Shown: positions 12,450 through 27,400, counted from the first letter of the whole stretch. The stretch: 63,510 nucleotides of DNA, filler included, from Psammoneis japonica (GCA_008632985.1; 3 parts of 3 records of this genome joined end to end with filler, not necessarily neighbours in it), one strand, 5' to 3'. Notes: generated by a model from the sequence alone, not told the origin. Made by a program: numbers and translations.

Positions 12450-15000
12450 TTTTCTGCAACTGTCCACACAAGAAGCACTCTTTTCATCCTTGATCCCACT
12501 GCAGCTGCATCACGGGAGTCCAATCATTTTGTTTTGAGTTTTTTGCATGTCAAGAGTTCCCTTTTGCTTCCCTCTTGTTGGGTTGTCCAGTCAGACACCC
12601 TGATTGAAAGCTTTCATGCACCGCTCTCATGCAAAAATTTCACTCAACTGTCCCACTGATCTTTTTGGCCAGGGATCTTACAGGCAAGAACAGTGCAGAG
12701 GCCTTGAAGGCCATTGCATGCTCTTCAACATTTCATTGCTTGCCGCAGCAACTGTGTGATCATCCAGGGTGGTTTCCTGTGTCTGTTTCTTGACAGCTCT
12801 TCATCGTCAAACCCAACACAGCTGCATCAAGGGAGTGCAACCTTTCAGTTTTTGGATTTCTTGCAAGTCAAGAGTTTCCCTTTTGCTCCCCTCTTGCAAG
12901 GTCGTTCAGTTGGATGCCCAAATTGAAAGCTTCTGCATGCCTTCCTCATGCAACAATTTCACCCAGCAACCTTTCCAATCTTTTTAGCTAGGGATCTCAT
13001 GGGTGAGAACAAAATGGAGGCTTTAGAAGTCACACTCTGCAACACTCAATTGTGCGCCACAGCAACTTTATGATCCTGGGTGGTCTTCTGTGTCTGTTTC
13101 TCAGCTCTGTGACCTTTCATGTCTTTCGTCACACTGCAGCAACTGTGTGATTTGGGGTGGTCTCTTGTTTCTGTTTTTTGACAGTTCTTCATCCTCAAAC
13201 CCAATGCAGCTGCATCACGGAAGTGCAGCCCTCCAGTTTTTGGATTTCTTGCAAGTTGAGAGTTTCCCTTTTGCTCCCCTCTTGTCAGGTCTTTCAGTTG
13301 GGTGCCCAAATCGAAGCTTTTGCACACTGCTCTCATGCAACAATTTCATCCAGCGACCTTTCTAATCTTTTTGGCAAGGGATCTTGCAGGTGAGAACAGA
13401 GTGGAGGCTTTAGAAGTCACATTCTTCAATGTTTCATTGCTCACCACAGCAGCTTTGTGATTCTTTGGGTGGTCTTCTGCTCAGCTCTGCAACCTTTGAT
13501 GCCTTTCATCTCTTTGGATTGTGTTGGAAGAACATGTGTGCAAGTCAATCAAGATTCATTCAAAGGGTTTGCCATGTGCTGTTCCAGATGTCAGAGGGTG
13601 TGGCAAATGGTGTTGAGGGTGGAATTGATCTTTTGCCATGTCACTTCATCTGAGATGGCAATTGCCATTTTTGGTGGTCTCTGAAAGAGCCAAAAAAAAA
13701 GCAAAGCCAGAGCAAAGAGGCTGGAGCCCATGGCATCCTTGCTTTCTGTGGCAGCACCGAGATGTGTTCCCAGAGCACATGAGTCAGATTTCTGTTCCAT
13801 CACATTTTGAAGCCATGGTCGGGCGACTCTCAATGAAACATCAAGCAGTGCCACCTGGCAATGTGGAAAAATCAGAACATGCAGGGGCAGGCAATGGCAC
13901 CTGCAATGGCCTTGAATGTTCTTGGAATGAGATGCAACATGTTCTGTGCACAAACCAGAAACTGCAGTGGGCAAAGTCATGGGTTTTTTCAAGGAGATTC
14001 ATTTGCCAATTTCCCCACGACACTGAGCACACCAGGATGTTGCTTTCACATGCTTCTTTGAACTTCAGAAACAACTTCTGCAAAAGCCAAAAGGTGTTTG
14101 TTGTGGCAGCATCACACTGCCAAGCTCCACAGCATGTCCAGCCTTCAAGCTGTTGTCAGCAGGTCAAGAAAACCTGCAAGAAACTGTGCATGGACATGTT
14201 GCTTGCATGCAGGGTGTGAGCTTTCATTTCCCACCCCACTGGCATCCACATCATTTTCACAAGTTTTGTTTTCCTGGAAAACTGGCCACCCATGGCAGCA
14301 CAACAATGTGTCAAATCATTTGCCACAACAAGATGGTCAGCATTCCCAGAGCACATTTGCTAGATTTCCATCCCAGCACCACATGCTTTGGAGCCACGGT
14401 TGGTTGATTCTCAATGAAATGTCAAGAGGTGATGCATGGTGATGTTGAAAAATCAGGAAATGTGTGGAACCACTGCTGTGATGCCTGCAATTGCTTTGCA
14501 TTTGTTTTTGAAGCAAGTTACAACATCTTCAGTGCACACACTCCCTGGAAGCTGCAACAGGCAAAATTGTGGTCCCTGAAGGAGACTCATTTGCTGCTTT
14601 TTTTTTTTGCATCACCAAGCTCCAGAACACTGCTTTCTGCATGCTTCTGGGCTTCTCTTTGAAAATGTCTTCCACAAACCTCAAAATGTGCCTGTCATTG
14701 CAGTGCCATGATGTCAAGCTTCACAGCATGCCTTGCCTTCCAGCAGTTGTCAGTGGGTCAAGAAAACCTGCAAAGGTGGTGTGGCATTGATGTGCTGCTC
14801 ACAGGGCATGAGCTTTTGTTTGCCCAACCCAGTGCTGCTGTTGTCTCTACATTTTTCATTTCCCTTGCAAGCTGGGCACCTGTGGCAGTGTGACAATCTG
14901 TCAAAATCATTTCTCTCAATGAGACAGCCAATGTTTGCTCAACTCTCAACACAGATTTCCCAAATGAGAAAATTGCTGTGTTTGGTGAAGAGATGTTCTT
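12450..15000. repeat. Degenerate tandem repeats: ~320-390-bp units at 12.45-13.5 kb and ~590-bp units at 13.8-15.0 kb
   Basis: gagt(t)tcccttttgct at ~12553, ~12872 and ~13259; gttgtcag..ggtcaagaaaacctgcaa at ~14152 and ~14745. Confidence 0.7.
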
Positions 15001-16437
15001 CACCAGAGGCAGCCTGCCACTGATGTGTTCTTCCTGTCTGAGCAAAAAAGAAATTCCATCCAAAGTCAGCAGCATCTGAAAAAAGCTGACAAAGGCTCAG
15101 ATGTTCATGCCAAAATGATGCACAGGCAAAGGGAGTGCAGTGCCATGCAGCCTGTAAGAATTGCAAGGTGAAACAACACATCTTTGTGCAAGGCAACCAG
15201 GTCCTCAAGCTCATCCACCTGTTTCACCCATTGCCCTGCACACTGCCAGGACCATGCGGTGCTCAAGCCAATGGTGTGAGCCAAAGTGCAGAGTCTAGCA
15301 GCACCAAGTGTCCATGTCTGTCCAACCCACTGTGGTTGTCTTCCATGCTGCAAAGAACTGCGTTCTTGCTTCTGGCACTCTTTCAAATGCAGTTGCATGT
15401 TTTTTGTTGCCAGAGTTGAAAAGAAAGCCACACACATCACAAGCACTCAATGCAACAACTCGTTGACAGCATGTCACAGGCAGCAGGACTGACTGGCTCT
15501 GATTTTTTTGCCCGCTTGTCTGTCTGTCTCAATGCCAACCACACTTGGGCTCTTTTCTCCTGCTTGCTTTGGGAGGAAGAAATCCATTGTTGGCATGGCT
15601 TCATTTGCACTGTCATTGCTGCTTGCAGATGAAGATGACAGCATGAAGTCACCTCAAATTCTCTGATTCTTGGGAGCACAACAGTGTGCGTGCAAGCTGC
15701 TGAAGTGAAACATCATTGCAACAGTGTGGTGTTGTTGCCCCCTGCTCTCCATCTTTGCCACACTGGATGCAGGTGGAAAAAAGTTGAGTGGGCAAGTGGC
15801 TGCACAGCAAGAGTTGCACAGTGACACATTGTGGCCCAGTTGAAGCCAATGATTTAGAGTTTGTGAAAATGCCAAATGCACAAACAAGGGTTGGGGACAC
15901 CTTGTTTTGGTCTGTGACTCCGGCACAGCACCAGAAAATGAACAACAGCCAGCACAGCATGTGCAGCTGTGTTGTGTTTGCACCAGTGTGGATTTCTTGC
16001 AAGTGCCATCAAGTGGGTTTCAGCACCAACATTTGTGTCAGTTAAAAGTGCAGAAATTCTGGCTTGAGGCTGTTGCTGAAGACAGAGTTGCTGCTGCTGT
16101 GGCAGCACTCTTTGCCAACATCCAAAAGATGCTGTGGCCTCACTGCCATTTGCTCCAATGCAGCAAATCAAGAAATCCCACATTGGGTGCATTTCTTTCT
16201 CCTGGGCAAGTGTAAGAAGTGCTCACCTTGCTTTGCACCAGCACTCTTGAGCAGCAGACTGGGGCATGCCAAGTGCCAGCAACCATGCCCCAATGACAAC
16301 AAAAGAAAACACTCAATTTTCTCCAAAGCACAAGGCACTTGACATGGGTGCTGCTGACTGTCCCAGCTGATCTCTCAATCCAGAAGCACAGAAAGGCACC
16401 AAGCTCAAAACTCACAGGTGCCCTGCAAGAATGTGAA

Positions 16438-17005
16438 NNNNNNNNNNNNNNNNNNNNNNNNNNNNNNNNNNNNNNNNNNNNNNNNNNNNNNNNNNNNNNN
16501 NNNNNNNNNNNNNNNNNNNNNNNNNNNNNNNNNNNNNNNNNNNNNNNNNNNNNNNNNNNNNNNNNNNNNNNNNNNNNNNNNNNNNNNNNNNNNNNNNNNN
16601 NNNNNNNNNNNNNNNNNNNNNNNNNNNNNNNNNNNNNNNNNNNNNNNNNNNNNNNNNNNNNNNNNNNNNNNNNNNNNNNNNNNNNNNNNNNNNNNNNNNN
16701 NNNNNNNNNNNNNNNNNNNNNNNNNNNNNNNNNNNNNNNNNNNNNNNNNNNNNNNNNNNNNNNNNNNNNNNNNNNNNNNNNNNNNNNNNNNNNNNNNNNN
16801 NNNNNNNNNNNNNNNNNNNNNNNNNNNNNNNNNNNNNNNNNNNNNNNNNNNNNNNNNNNNNNNNNNNNNNNNNNNNNNNNNNNNNNNNNNNNNNNNNNNN
16901 NNNNNNNNNNNNNNNNNNNNNNNNNNNNNNNNNNNNNNNNNNNNNNNNNNNNNNNNNNNNNNNNNNNNNNNNNNNNNNNNNNNNNNNNNNNNNNNNNNNN
17001 NNNNN
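16438..17005. other. Assembly gap (N run)
   Basis: Ns. Confidence 1.
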
Positions 17006-20000
17006 AAGACACTTCATCTGTGTGTCACCCAAACATCAGCTCTCTAACATGCCAAACTTTTCACAGGGAACACATTGTGGTGTCCAGAGTCAAACATCCA
17101 ACCGACACAAACAACAACGCAGTGGTTGTGTGAAAAACAGCAAAGCAACAGCTTTGTGCCCATCAAATCTTCAACAACACAACTTCTGGGCTTGTTGCAA
17201 ATCACTTCTCTCTGTGCAGATGGTGATGCTTCAAAGCTGCGACAGTTTTTGGAGGAAACCTGTGTTGCAAAAACCCTTCATTTGAGCTGCAAACACAAGT
17301 TGATGATTGCCAGCTGCACCACAGCTGGTGGACACATTGATGTTGTCTGCAGTGCAATCCTTGCAGGGAAGAAAAATGCACAAGAAGTGTTTTCTGAGCC
17401 TTTCTTTGGGAGTCTGGCTGGACAACAACCACCAGTTGTTGACAACCTGCACTGAGCTGCACATTGTAGAACATTTTCTTGTGGCAACTTGCATGCTTTG
17501 CTGGGCTTTAGACTCTGAACAGCCTTGACTGCTTCTGGGTGCTGCCCTGCTTTTAAAATTGCACTGGCCTGTTCCCACAAACAGCATTTTGATGTTGACT
17601 GGCTGCTGTCCAAGTTCAAAAACCAAGAGGCTCTTCTTCTCCTGTTTTGTTGTCATCTGCCACAGAGTGCTCCTTGGCTTCTTCTGCATCAAGCACTTGC
17701 ACTTTGTCTGCTTCTTGACAAAATCTTCTGAAGTTCTTGACAAGAATCTTTCTGAAGTTCTTCTTGTTTCTTCAATTTCCCAACCTGCTGTTGGCTCAGC
17801 AGCACTCAAATGTTTGAGCATTGTTTTTTGGCTTTTTCAACAACAGATCTTGTTTTTTGACATGCCAAGACCCAGAAGGTCATGCCTTGTTCTGCTGCAA
17901 GAGCTCAGCCATTGTGCCCATTTTCACACTCCCAGCCACACAAGTGAAGGGGAAAGCCATGCAGCCAAGAATCTTTGGAGCATGTCAAGGGGTCAATCTG
18001 TTTCAACTGCCTTGTTGCCATGAGACGGTTGGTGTCATCACAAATCAACTTTGCTTCAAATCATGCAGTGCAGCATTTTTTTCTGAAGCTGAGGAGCTCA
18101 AGTAAGAAGACCAGCACCACAACCCTCTTGCACATTGTCAAGTGACTGGCACTGCAGTTTGTTGAAAGACATTTTGCAGAAATTGCAAGGCTGGCACATG
18201 TCTGTGAAAATGGAGCTGTGCAAACAAGGAGCTGTGTGAACTCTTTCATTGGCCCATGTTTTGCATTGCACAACATGATCATCTCTGGGGAGTGCATCAG
18301 CTGCGACAGCAGAGAAGGCAGGCAGCAGGTGACAGAGGGCAGGGTTGCAGAATTTTTCTTGCACATGTCTTGTGTGCCATTTTGCACATGCAGCACATTT
18401 CTTGCCAAAGCAGGCATTGCTGTTTGGACAAAAAATTCCATGCAAAAACATCTTGCTTTCTCTTCCTGAAGCAAAACAGTGACCCCATTTCTGGGTGACC
18501 CCAAAGCCATTGCACAAAATCTCACACAAAACAAACACCAGATTTTGAACACAACTTCAAAAAACAACACACCGCAGCACCACTGCAATTGCTTTTGTTG
18601 TTTGCAGTTTGTCATTTCCTTGTTGGGCTCACCTCTGCACCAGAAGGGCAGACAACTCAAAGCAGTGCCATTGGGTGCACAGTGGACCAGCTTGAGCTGC
18701 TTGCCAGCACATGACAAGCCTGGCAGCAATGCCCCAACTTGGTGCAAGGAAGTTTGGAGTCAGCAAGCATCAACTCAAACTCAAACATTGGTTTGGATGA
18801 GCACAACACTGGCAACATTGCAAGTCAGTGTCTCCATTGTTGCACCAGCAATGTTGTCAGTGGACATTTTGAGCACTGAACAGGCATTGTTGCCAGTGGC
18901 TGTCTTGAGCATTGTGCTGGCAACATTGTTGGCGGTTGCCTCAATGGTGCTGCATGTTGTGCTGTCATTGTCATTGTGGTGGGTGCCTTGAGCATCACAA
19001 ACAGCAGTGTTGCTGACCAATTGAGCACATGGTTGTCAGGCAGTTGCTCCACCTTTGGCATGGATGCATGCGGGGTTTGTGGCCCCTTGTGAAGATCAAT
19101 GCCAAAAGTCCCAAGAACAATGTGAGTCATCATTGGCTTGTTTGGAGCATGGATGGTGCAATCAGGCAGCACAGCCAGCCTCACCATCACAATGCAGAGC
19201 TCTCTGATTTGACTCCCTTGAAAACCAGTGGTTGGATCAAGAAGTTGCCCAGCGTTCCACTGAGCAGACCCCCATTTGAAAGGATCTGTTGCACCTTTTC
19301 TGGGTGCTTTGTAGAGAATGTGCAAAGAGCAGCCATCTTGTTCTATGATGCACAATTAACTTTTCTGATGAGGGACAATGTGCCAACCTGCAGTGCTGCA
19401 GTTTGGAGGGTGTCAGTGCTCTGAGACAAGACAACAGCAGGTCTTGCTGGTGCTGATCTGGTTGCCACGACACCACCAGAGGGGATTCTCATTTTCCCCA
19501 ATTTTTAGAAATGCTGGTGTGAGCGGCAGGGGTGTGTTGGAACATCTGGATCACAGGGACCACAAGAAACCTGGGTTCTCTGAGGAAAAGATGCTTTAGC
19601 TCCAAAATGTGGTGAACCAAGTGAAGCCACTGTTTGCTGAAGATTTTTCTCTGTTGCCAACCTTCCATCACCATTTTTGTCTCACACTTTGGAGTGAATC
19701 ATTTGGCTCACTTGGCTCATTTGATTTGTCACCTGCTGCTGTTGTCATTTTTGAGTTTGGAGTTTGTGCTGACAACTTCAGGGCAACCTGACAAGTGCCA
19801 CAGGAAGCCCAGCAGGGCCCCCTTTTGGCAACATCAATTTTCTGGTTCGATGTCACCTGGAGGTTGTCAGTGCAAACTTTAAACTCACAAAATGACAACA
19901 ACAGCTGTCCAGTGATGATGCTGAACAACATGTCAAGTGACAAACCAAATTGCTCACTCTAAAAAAGGAGGTGAAAGCAGAGGCAAGGGGTTGGCGACAG

Positions 20001-21459
20001 AGGAAATTCCCTGCCAGAGACCAGTCACTTGAGTCAACCACATCAGGAGTCAAAGCATCTTTTCCTCAATGGGCCCAGTGCAGGTTCTTTGCAATCCCTG
20101 TCCCCGTGACACAGGTGTTCCAACATTTTTTGCTGAACAGCTTAACAAAGCCCACTTGCCCCACTTTTGCTCACCTGAAAAGTGCTTGCATGTGCTTGAA
20201 GAAACCTCCTGTGCAAAGCAGGTTGATTGTGCTTTTTGCTGAAATGACATGAGGCAGGTGGGAGTGATGCACAGACTGCACTGCATTCTTGGGTGGAAAT
20301 CCAGCAGCTGCAAGCAATGAATCTACTTGATTTTTCTTGCAAAATCACCAAAGTCCACCAGCAAGCATCTTGAGCCTTGCCTTGGGTGATGGCATCATTT
20401 CAGTCCTTTCATGATCTCATGTGATGGGCTGCTTGGCAAAGAAGCCAAGGCAGCACTCTGGTTGACAGCTGCATGGCTCTGGTGAGCAAGCAGCAGAAGC
20501 CACCCTCTGAAGCATGTGGTTTTGCAAATGCAAGCACAAGCACTGCAGTTGTCAAAGCCACTCACATGTGCCTCTGAGGGTCCCACACATGCCCTCATCC
20601 CAGCTCAGCTCCTGGCACCCAAACAGGGAGCCGCTCTGCCCCTCTACAAGAATTGCCTCGCCAAGTCAAAAAATGACAAAAGCACACAGGTTTCTGCATG
20701 AATTTGGCACAAAACGAGTGCAAAGCTGCCCTCTGGGCACCACAGAAAAAAACCAGCACCTTTGATCACTTCATTGTTGCTGCACTCTTCTTTTCATCAT
20801 TCAACTGAGCTGTTGTTGCCATGACATTGCATGCCTCCACATCATCTGTCAGTGCTGAGAGATTGCGCTGCCAGAAACAACTCAACTTTCATTGGCTGCT
20901 GTTCAGTGCCCTCAAGGGGAGGTGACACTGGGCTTGAAGGTGGAACATGGCAAAACTGTCAGCATCATGCTGCCATCACCAAGTGAGTGCAACATGACTC
21001 CAGCTCTTCTTGGAGCAAAAGAGTTGATGCCCATGAAGGAAAAACCAAAACAAAAAGTGGCAAACAAACAGCTCAGTCAATGTGACCACTTGTTGAGTGG
21101 CCAACCAGTGGCAACAGTCACAGCAGCTCTTCTTGTCAAGCTTGGAAGCTCAATTTGTCCTCATCACATTGTCTTCTCTTCAAAAGTGAAGCTGAGAGAT
21201 TGCTGGAGCTTGAAGATCTTGAGTTTTGTGGCAAGAGAAGAAGCAAATTTGCTTTTGGCAGAAGGCACTCCAGTCATTCAACATGTGAGACTGCCATGAG
21301 ATTTGGCCACTGGCACTGCACAGGAAGCCTGGTGGGATTTTCTTTTGGCGACATTGACTTGCCAGCTCAACATTCACTCTAAAGAGTTGTTTGCTCATGT
21401 TGAGTGCACACCTGTCCATCAGTCCATCAGAAGATCATAAGATCATTGATGTCTGCACC

Positions 21460-23080
21460 ATGAGCAACAAAGAACATGGGAGGTTTGGAAAAGACCATGA
21501 TCAACACAAGGGTCATGGTGGAAAAGGCAACAAGAGCCACACCAAGAGCAAGAAGTCCTTCAAGCATGAAATGAAGTTTTCCATCCTTCAACCTGAACAG
21601 CAACATGTGCAATGCAGCACGCAAAGTGTCAAAGAGAAGATCAGCAGATGCACACAGAAGGAGTTTAAACAGGGCAAATGTGTGGCAAGGTCCCCAGAGG
21701 ACATGACGCATCCTGACTTTATGGCAGAAAAGCCAAAATTGAAACAGCCAGAGATCACACCCAATGAAGATGACTCCACATGCAAGGCTGACCCAAAGGA
21801 CATGGAACACAAGAACAAACAGTGTGAGTGCAAGCATCATGCAGAATCCAAAGATTGCTGTGCCAAGCTGAAATGGTTTGAAGAGAACAAATCAAAGGCA
21901 TTTGCCATGATTGTGGATGATCAACATCTGTTCTGTGCATTTCCCTGAAGAACACACTGCAGGTGAGGCAACAAGAGAATGAGTCCATTGCAGATTGCCT
22001 GTCAAAAGATTCAAGAACCAACAAGACTCCACCAGAGATGGTCTGGGTGCTGGCAAGATGCTAAATGGGTTCATTGAGAACACCAAGGAGCACAAGACAA
22101 GTGGCACTGGCAAGCAGGCTGAGCTGAAGAAGATGGCATTTGAGGCCTGGACTGCTTTCATGTTCATCAAGAACAGCAACGGCCATTGCTGCAAGACATT
22201 GAAGCAAAGTTTTGTGAGAGACTGTGCAGTCTGGGAAATGATGCATGCCCAAAAGACCTGGACAGAGCAATGGATGCATTGCTCAATCATGAGTGGGGCA
22301 ACAAGCAGAAATGTGCCAAGAATCCTGACCATTGTGACAATGAGAATGGTGAGGACAAGAATGGGAACAAGGGCAAGATCCAGAGCCATGCCCAGAAGGG
22401 TGACACACAAGGCAAGACAATGTGTCACTGTTGCAGCAAGGAAGACCACAAGTCCCCAGATTGCCAACACAAGGACAAGGCAGCTGCCAATGACTGTTTC
22501 AAAAAGACCAGAAGGAAACCAGATCTGAGAGGGCAGAGTCATGCACTGACAAGAGATGGCAATGATGACCACTCTTTGGTGGACAGTGATGTGAGCATCA
22601 ATGCCACCAGATTGACATGTTCAATCTGGAGCAAGGGAGCTGCTTGGCATGGGTCACAACTGGTCAATGAGTGACCAGAGACAAGCATGAGCCAGACCAG
22701 CATGGGCATTGAGGCTGATGAGATGGTCCTTGACAACTGCTCTGCCCTTGGCATGGCAGCAAGCTGGAGATTGGCACACAATGTGTGACTGGCAAAGATC
22801 AAGATTGGCCCATCCACAAACACAAGAGTGAACACCCTGGACAAGGACTGCACTGTGCCAGGTTGGGGCAACATGAAGCTGGGGTCAAAACCCACAACAG
22901 CAAACATCCTGAGTCTAAAGGATGTGAAGGCCAAGTGCCACATGATGACATGCTGCAAGAACCAAGTGGTGGAGGTGCTCCAGCTGCTGGACAAGAAAAC
23001 TGGCAAACAAGTCACAGCATTTAAAGCAAATGACATTGGACTGCTCTTGTGCACGCCACCTTTGGCCACAATGGCTGCGG
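21460..23080 (+). pseudogene. Heavily mutated Copia (CoDi-like) gag-protease relic
   Basis: Translations give CSLGNDACPKDLDRAMDALLNHEW (cf. YSLGNDQYPK..HxW of diatom Copia gag), zinc knuckle CHCCSKEDHKSPDC, and protease-like MVLDNCSAL. Confidence 0.75.
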
Positions 23081-25199
23081 CAGAAAGAGATGCACGAATT
23101 CAAATGGGATGTGCATGGCACATTGGTTGTGCACTTCCTCAGAATCTGCAGCATCAGCAACCACAAGTGAGTGCAGTCCCTTGGGTGTCACCACAACATG
23201 CTGCTGGGAGCACAGCATGCATTGGCGCCCATGTTCCATGTGGTGCCAACTGAAATGCAGCATCACCAACAGGGGTGAGGCAAACTGTCCCTTGCCATGT
23301 CACCCACAAGCACAGGTGTTGCCATCCCAAAGCTCCGGCGGTCTCATTGCCATGACCAGGCAAGCAGCAATGTGGTGCATGACTTGTGTGATGCCCTCGT
23401 TGGCATTGTCTTGGGGGTGTGACAGTGCATTGTGTGTGCCACAGGCATGTCATGACTCGACGTCGCCATGACTCACCCATGAAGGGCAGCCGGGTTGTGT
23501 TGGAGCTGTCCCTGTGATGGGGCTGCAAAGTCTGCCATGGAATCTGCACAGGCCCCATGGCAGCCATGGGTCATTTGCTCCAGCATTTTTATGATGATCC
23601 TGGCAATTGTGTGTGACCAGTGGCGGTGGTGGTCAATCTGAGGTGCTGGCTGTGCTTTCAGAGGTTGTTGCACTCCTTGCTGTCCTCCCACTGGAGGCAC
23701 CACATTTTTTTTTCACTGGTGCCTGAGGCGGTGGCAGCATGTTGCCCACTGGCAGAGGTTGCTGTGCACTGCCAGCAGTGCAGCATCATTTTGACCTTGC
23801 GAATTTGCTTTCTGTCCTGGCGGAGGCTGTCCTGCCTCTGCATTTGGTGCTGCTTGGTCACTCATCTTCCTGCAAGTGAAGCACACAGTGCCAGTGCAAT
23901 GGCAAAGGCATCCTCAGTGCATCAACAGCAATGGAACTGTCCAGCTGGTTGTTGTTGCTTTGCTCCTCTTTGGAATGAGAGGAAGCAACACAAGCACTTT
24001 GCTCGACAACTTGCACAAGAAGCGCCGCGTTCAAATGGTTTGGCAGTTGGAATGACTCCAACGGTCGGAGGGTCATTTCACCTTTGTTGAACTTTGCGAG
24101 GTTGGTGCAATGGACATCAAAGTGTCAACCAACTGTTGTGACTGAAATCGATTCCTTGAGGTCATGGTCTGCCTGTGACTCGCAAAGCACGGGAAAAACA
24201 CCACGAGTGAGATTTCCCACACGATTTTCTGTTTAAATTTTGCCCCAGAAATCTGCCCAGNCCCCTGTGCTGCATTTGTTTTCTTGTTGTGGGCAGGACA
24301 AGGGCAGGAGTCTCTAGCTAGATGGCAGAGAGAGTCAGGTCATGTCCGTCACTCTCTACCGGCAGGGCCCTGCACTCTGGCACCGGCATTTAGAGGGCAA
24401 CAACATCCACAGCACCGGCATGCTTTCTTGCACCGCATCTGCCGGCACTCGCACAGTGCTCTCTACTCTACTCTCTGCCAGCAGCTGGGAGCACCGGTGC
24501 CGGTGCGGCAGCAGCCACCGGCAGAGCAGAGCTCCGGCACTGTGCTCTTAGTCCGCGCCGTCACTGAAGACCAGTGACCAGTTTGTGTCTGATCTTAAAT
24601 GCCTTTTTGTAACATGCTTCATCACATGTGAAGATGTCCTGCCATTCCTGCAGCACTTGCACCTGAATCTGAACAAAAAGCATTGCTGTGACAGTTCACT
24701 GCCATGCCACCAACAGTGCTCTCCATTTTTCTGATGCAACAAATGAGTGTAGCCAGAAAACATGCATCAGTGTGTGATGCCAAGCATCACATGAAATGTG
24801 TTGAGCACTGAATGACAATGCAAGAGACAACAACATGTCTTGCTTTAACCACGAAACAAAAGCTTGCTTGCATCTCTTTTGCCCCCCTTCCACAATTCCA
24901 AGCACAGCTCACAGTTGGAATGTCTCACACAGCAACAACAACAGCAACCACATGAATGCAGTCAAATTGTTGCAGAGGAAAAATTGGCAATGACAGCAAC
25001 TACAACATTGAAATAAAAAAAAATGCCACTGGAAAATGGTGGAGGACATCACCTGCCATGGTGGCTCTGCAACAATGGCAAATGCAACAATGCTGTTGTG
25101 GCTGTTGGCATCACCACCCTTGTGGTGGTGGTGTGGGTGCACATCATGAAAAACATGTGCATCTGCACACCATGCAAAAAATTCCAATCTAATCTATTC

Positions 25200-26110
25200 T
25201 GGCAAACAAAGAGTTAAGATGGCACACAGTTCTCACACCACCAATTTCCAGTTGCCAGAATTGTCCACAACTGCAGAACTTTGTGTGAAGTTCACCACAC
25301 ACACAGCTGATCATTGGGCAAACCTGACATGGTTGTTGGATGAGACATGCTAGAGTGGCCAAAGGTTAACAACAAGATGCCATTTAAATGCACAGAAGCC
25401 ACTGCAGAAACCTCCATCTGTTTTCAAGATCCAGAGCCACTGTTTTCAGAAAGCAATGGAATTTTAAAGATCTCAGATGCCAAGCATGTGCCAGCATGCC
25501 TTGAGGACACAATGCAGGGAGCAACAGGACTTGACAGCAACTGGAAAGTGAAGCTGCTTAGTTTGTTGAAAAAGTGTGAGTCCTTGTTTGATGGCATGTC
25601 AGGTGAATGGAAAGGGGGTCCTCACCACACCCAGCTTAAAGAGGATCATGCTGAGCCATGTTGCTGACAACAGACATCCTTGCAAAGCCCCAAGGGGATG
25701 TGAAGCGATGCCAAGAGAAAGGAAGTGGAGCGCATTTGTGAAATTCTCATCACTGGATGCACAACCAACTGTGTCTGCAGTGTGCAGCTCCATCATTTTC
25801 CTTGCCAAAGCAAGATTTTGTGCTGGCATGGTTTCTTGGTGATTTCTGGGAGCTCAACAATGGGGTCAAAAGATTGACCCACCCAATTCCTCACATCCAG
25901 GACATGCTGCATGAGCTTGAAGGCTTTGTGTGGTGGGTGACATCATCGGATCTCCTCAATGCTGGATGCTGCCACATTTGACTTGTTGATGGTGGCAGCC
26001 AAAAGATGTGCATGCTTGTCTGCCCATGAGGAAGGTGGTGCAAGACACGCAGGTCCTGCAAATGGGCTCATGCAATGACTCACCCAACATTCTCTAGGAA
26101 AAGATGTCAT
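25200..26110 (+). pseudogene. Gypsy protease/RT relic, same clade as 54828-58341
   Basis: ETSICFQDPEPL..ILKISDAKHVPACLEDTMQGATG and DFWELNNGVKRLTHPIPHIQDML align to ORFs 57897-58304 and 57322-57618. Confidence 0.85.
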
Positions 26111-26639
26111 GGCCATGGAAAGCTTAGAGAGCTCATTTTGGTGTGCAAGTGCAACCCCATGTGGGCTCCATGCATGCATGCGCCATGCACAATTCTGTGA
26201 TGCACCATGCAGACATCATGAAGAGACATGAGGAGTGAAGATGCTGCACTCTACAATGGTGCAACAGCAGAGGCCACCATTTGAAGTTCCCACCACTTCA
26301 TGGCAACTGCAGCATTGTCTCTGCATGACAATGTCCCACAAGTGTGCATGTGCTGCCATCAGAGTGTTTGGACCACATGCTGAGACTTGTTTTGTGGCAA
26401 TTGAAAAAGCAGATGTTGCCAACATGGAAGTTGTTTTTAGGCAGGGTGCCCCATGGATTCAAAGCACAATCTCTGCCAGTCTTCCAAAATGACCAAATCA
26501 TGCATCAGGACCATCTGAAGATCAACGCTTGCTTGGCAGTTCTGAGGCACTCATGGGGGTGGTGCAGCAGCCAAGCTCACAAACCACCATTTAATGTGCA
26601 CCTTGGCAGTGTGCCAATGACAGGAACATTGTGCTGCCC

Positions 26640-27400
26640 AGTGCATCTCCAAATTGCTGATGTGTGCCAGAACATGACATGTTCATCAACAATCATTTGT
26701 GCTGTCTTGTCAAGAAAGACACACTGTGGCAAGGCTGCAAGAAAGTGCTGACAACTCTGCCACATCATCATCACAAAAAAGTGCTGTTGGCTGTCTCATG
26801 CAAGCTTGAACAACAATGTGATGAACTCCTGCAGTTTGAGCAAAACAGGCTGCTCTCCTTCACACCAGCCATCAATGCTCATCTGCAGTCTTGTCACATC
26901 ATGAAAGACACGCTGTTGTGGCACAGCTGTGGGAAAGTGTTGACATGCCACCACCATGTTGTCATTGTGTTGGCACCATTGGTCTCTCCTTCAAATTCGA
27001 ACAAGCCAGTGACTCCCACAATTTGAGCAAAAGTGGTTGTTCTCTTTTTTGTGCCAGCCATCAGCACTCATCTGTGTTGTGAAGAAAGACACCCTGCAAC
27101 AAGGCTGCAGAAAAGTGCTTGCAACACCATCATGAAAGTGGTGCCAGTCTCATGCAAGTTTGAACAAAATGATGAGCTCCTGCAGTTTGAGCAAAATGGG
27201 CCATTCTGATGCACCAGCCATTGGCACTCATCTGTGTTGTCATGTCAATGACAACATTGTGCCATTGCATGGCAGCAGAAAAGTGCTGACAGTTCTGCCA
27301 CCACACTGTCATCATGTTCATCCATTGGCCTCTCATGCAAATTTGGGAGAGCCAATGACTCCTGCACATCAACCATCAGTGCTCATCTGCATTGTTGCAT
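26640..27400. repeat. Degenerate ~160-190-bp tandem repeat, 4-5 copies
   Basis: tcat(c/t)tg..(t)tgt...aaagtg(c/t)t(g) recurs at ~26692, 26879, 27068, 27228 and 27383. Confidence 0.7.

Noticed and set aside
16140..17133. Long ORFs spanning N runs (also 60355-61425)
   Set aside because: Artefacts of translating through gaps.
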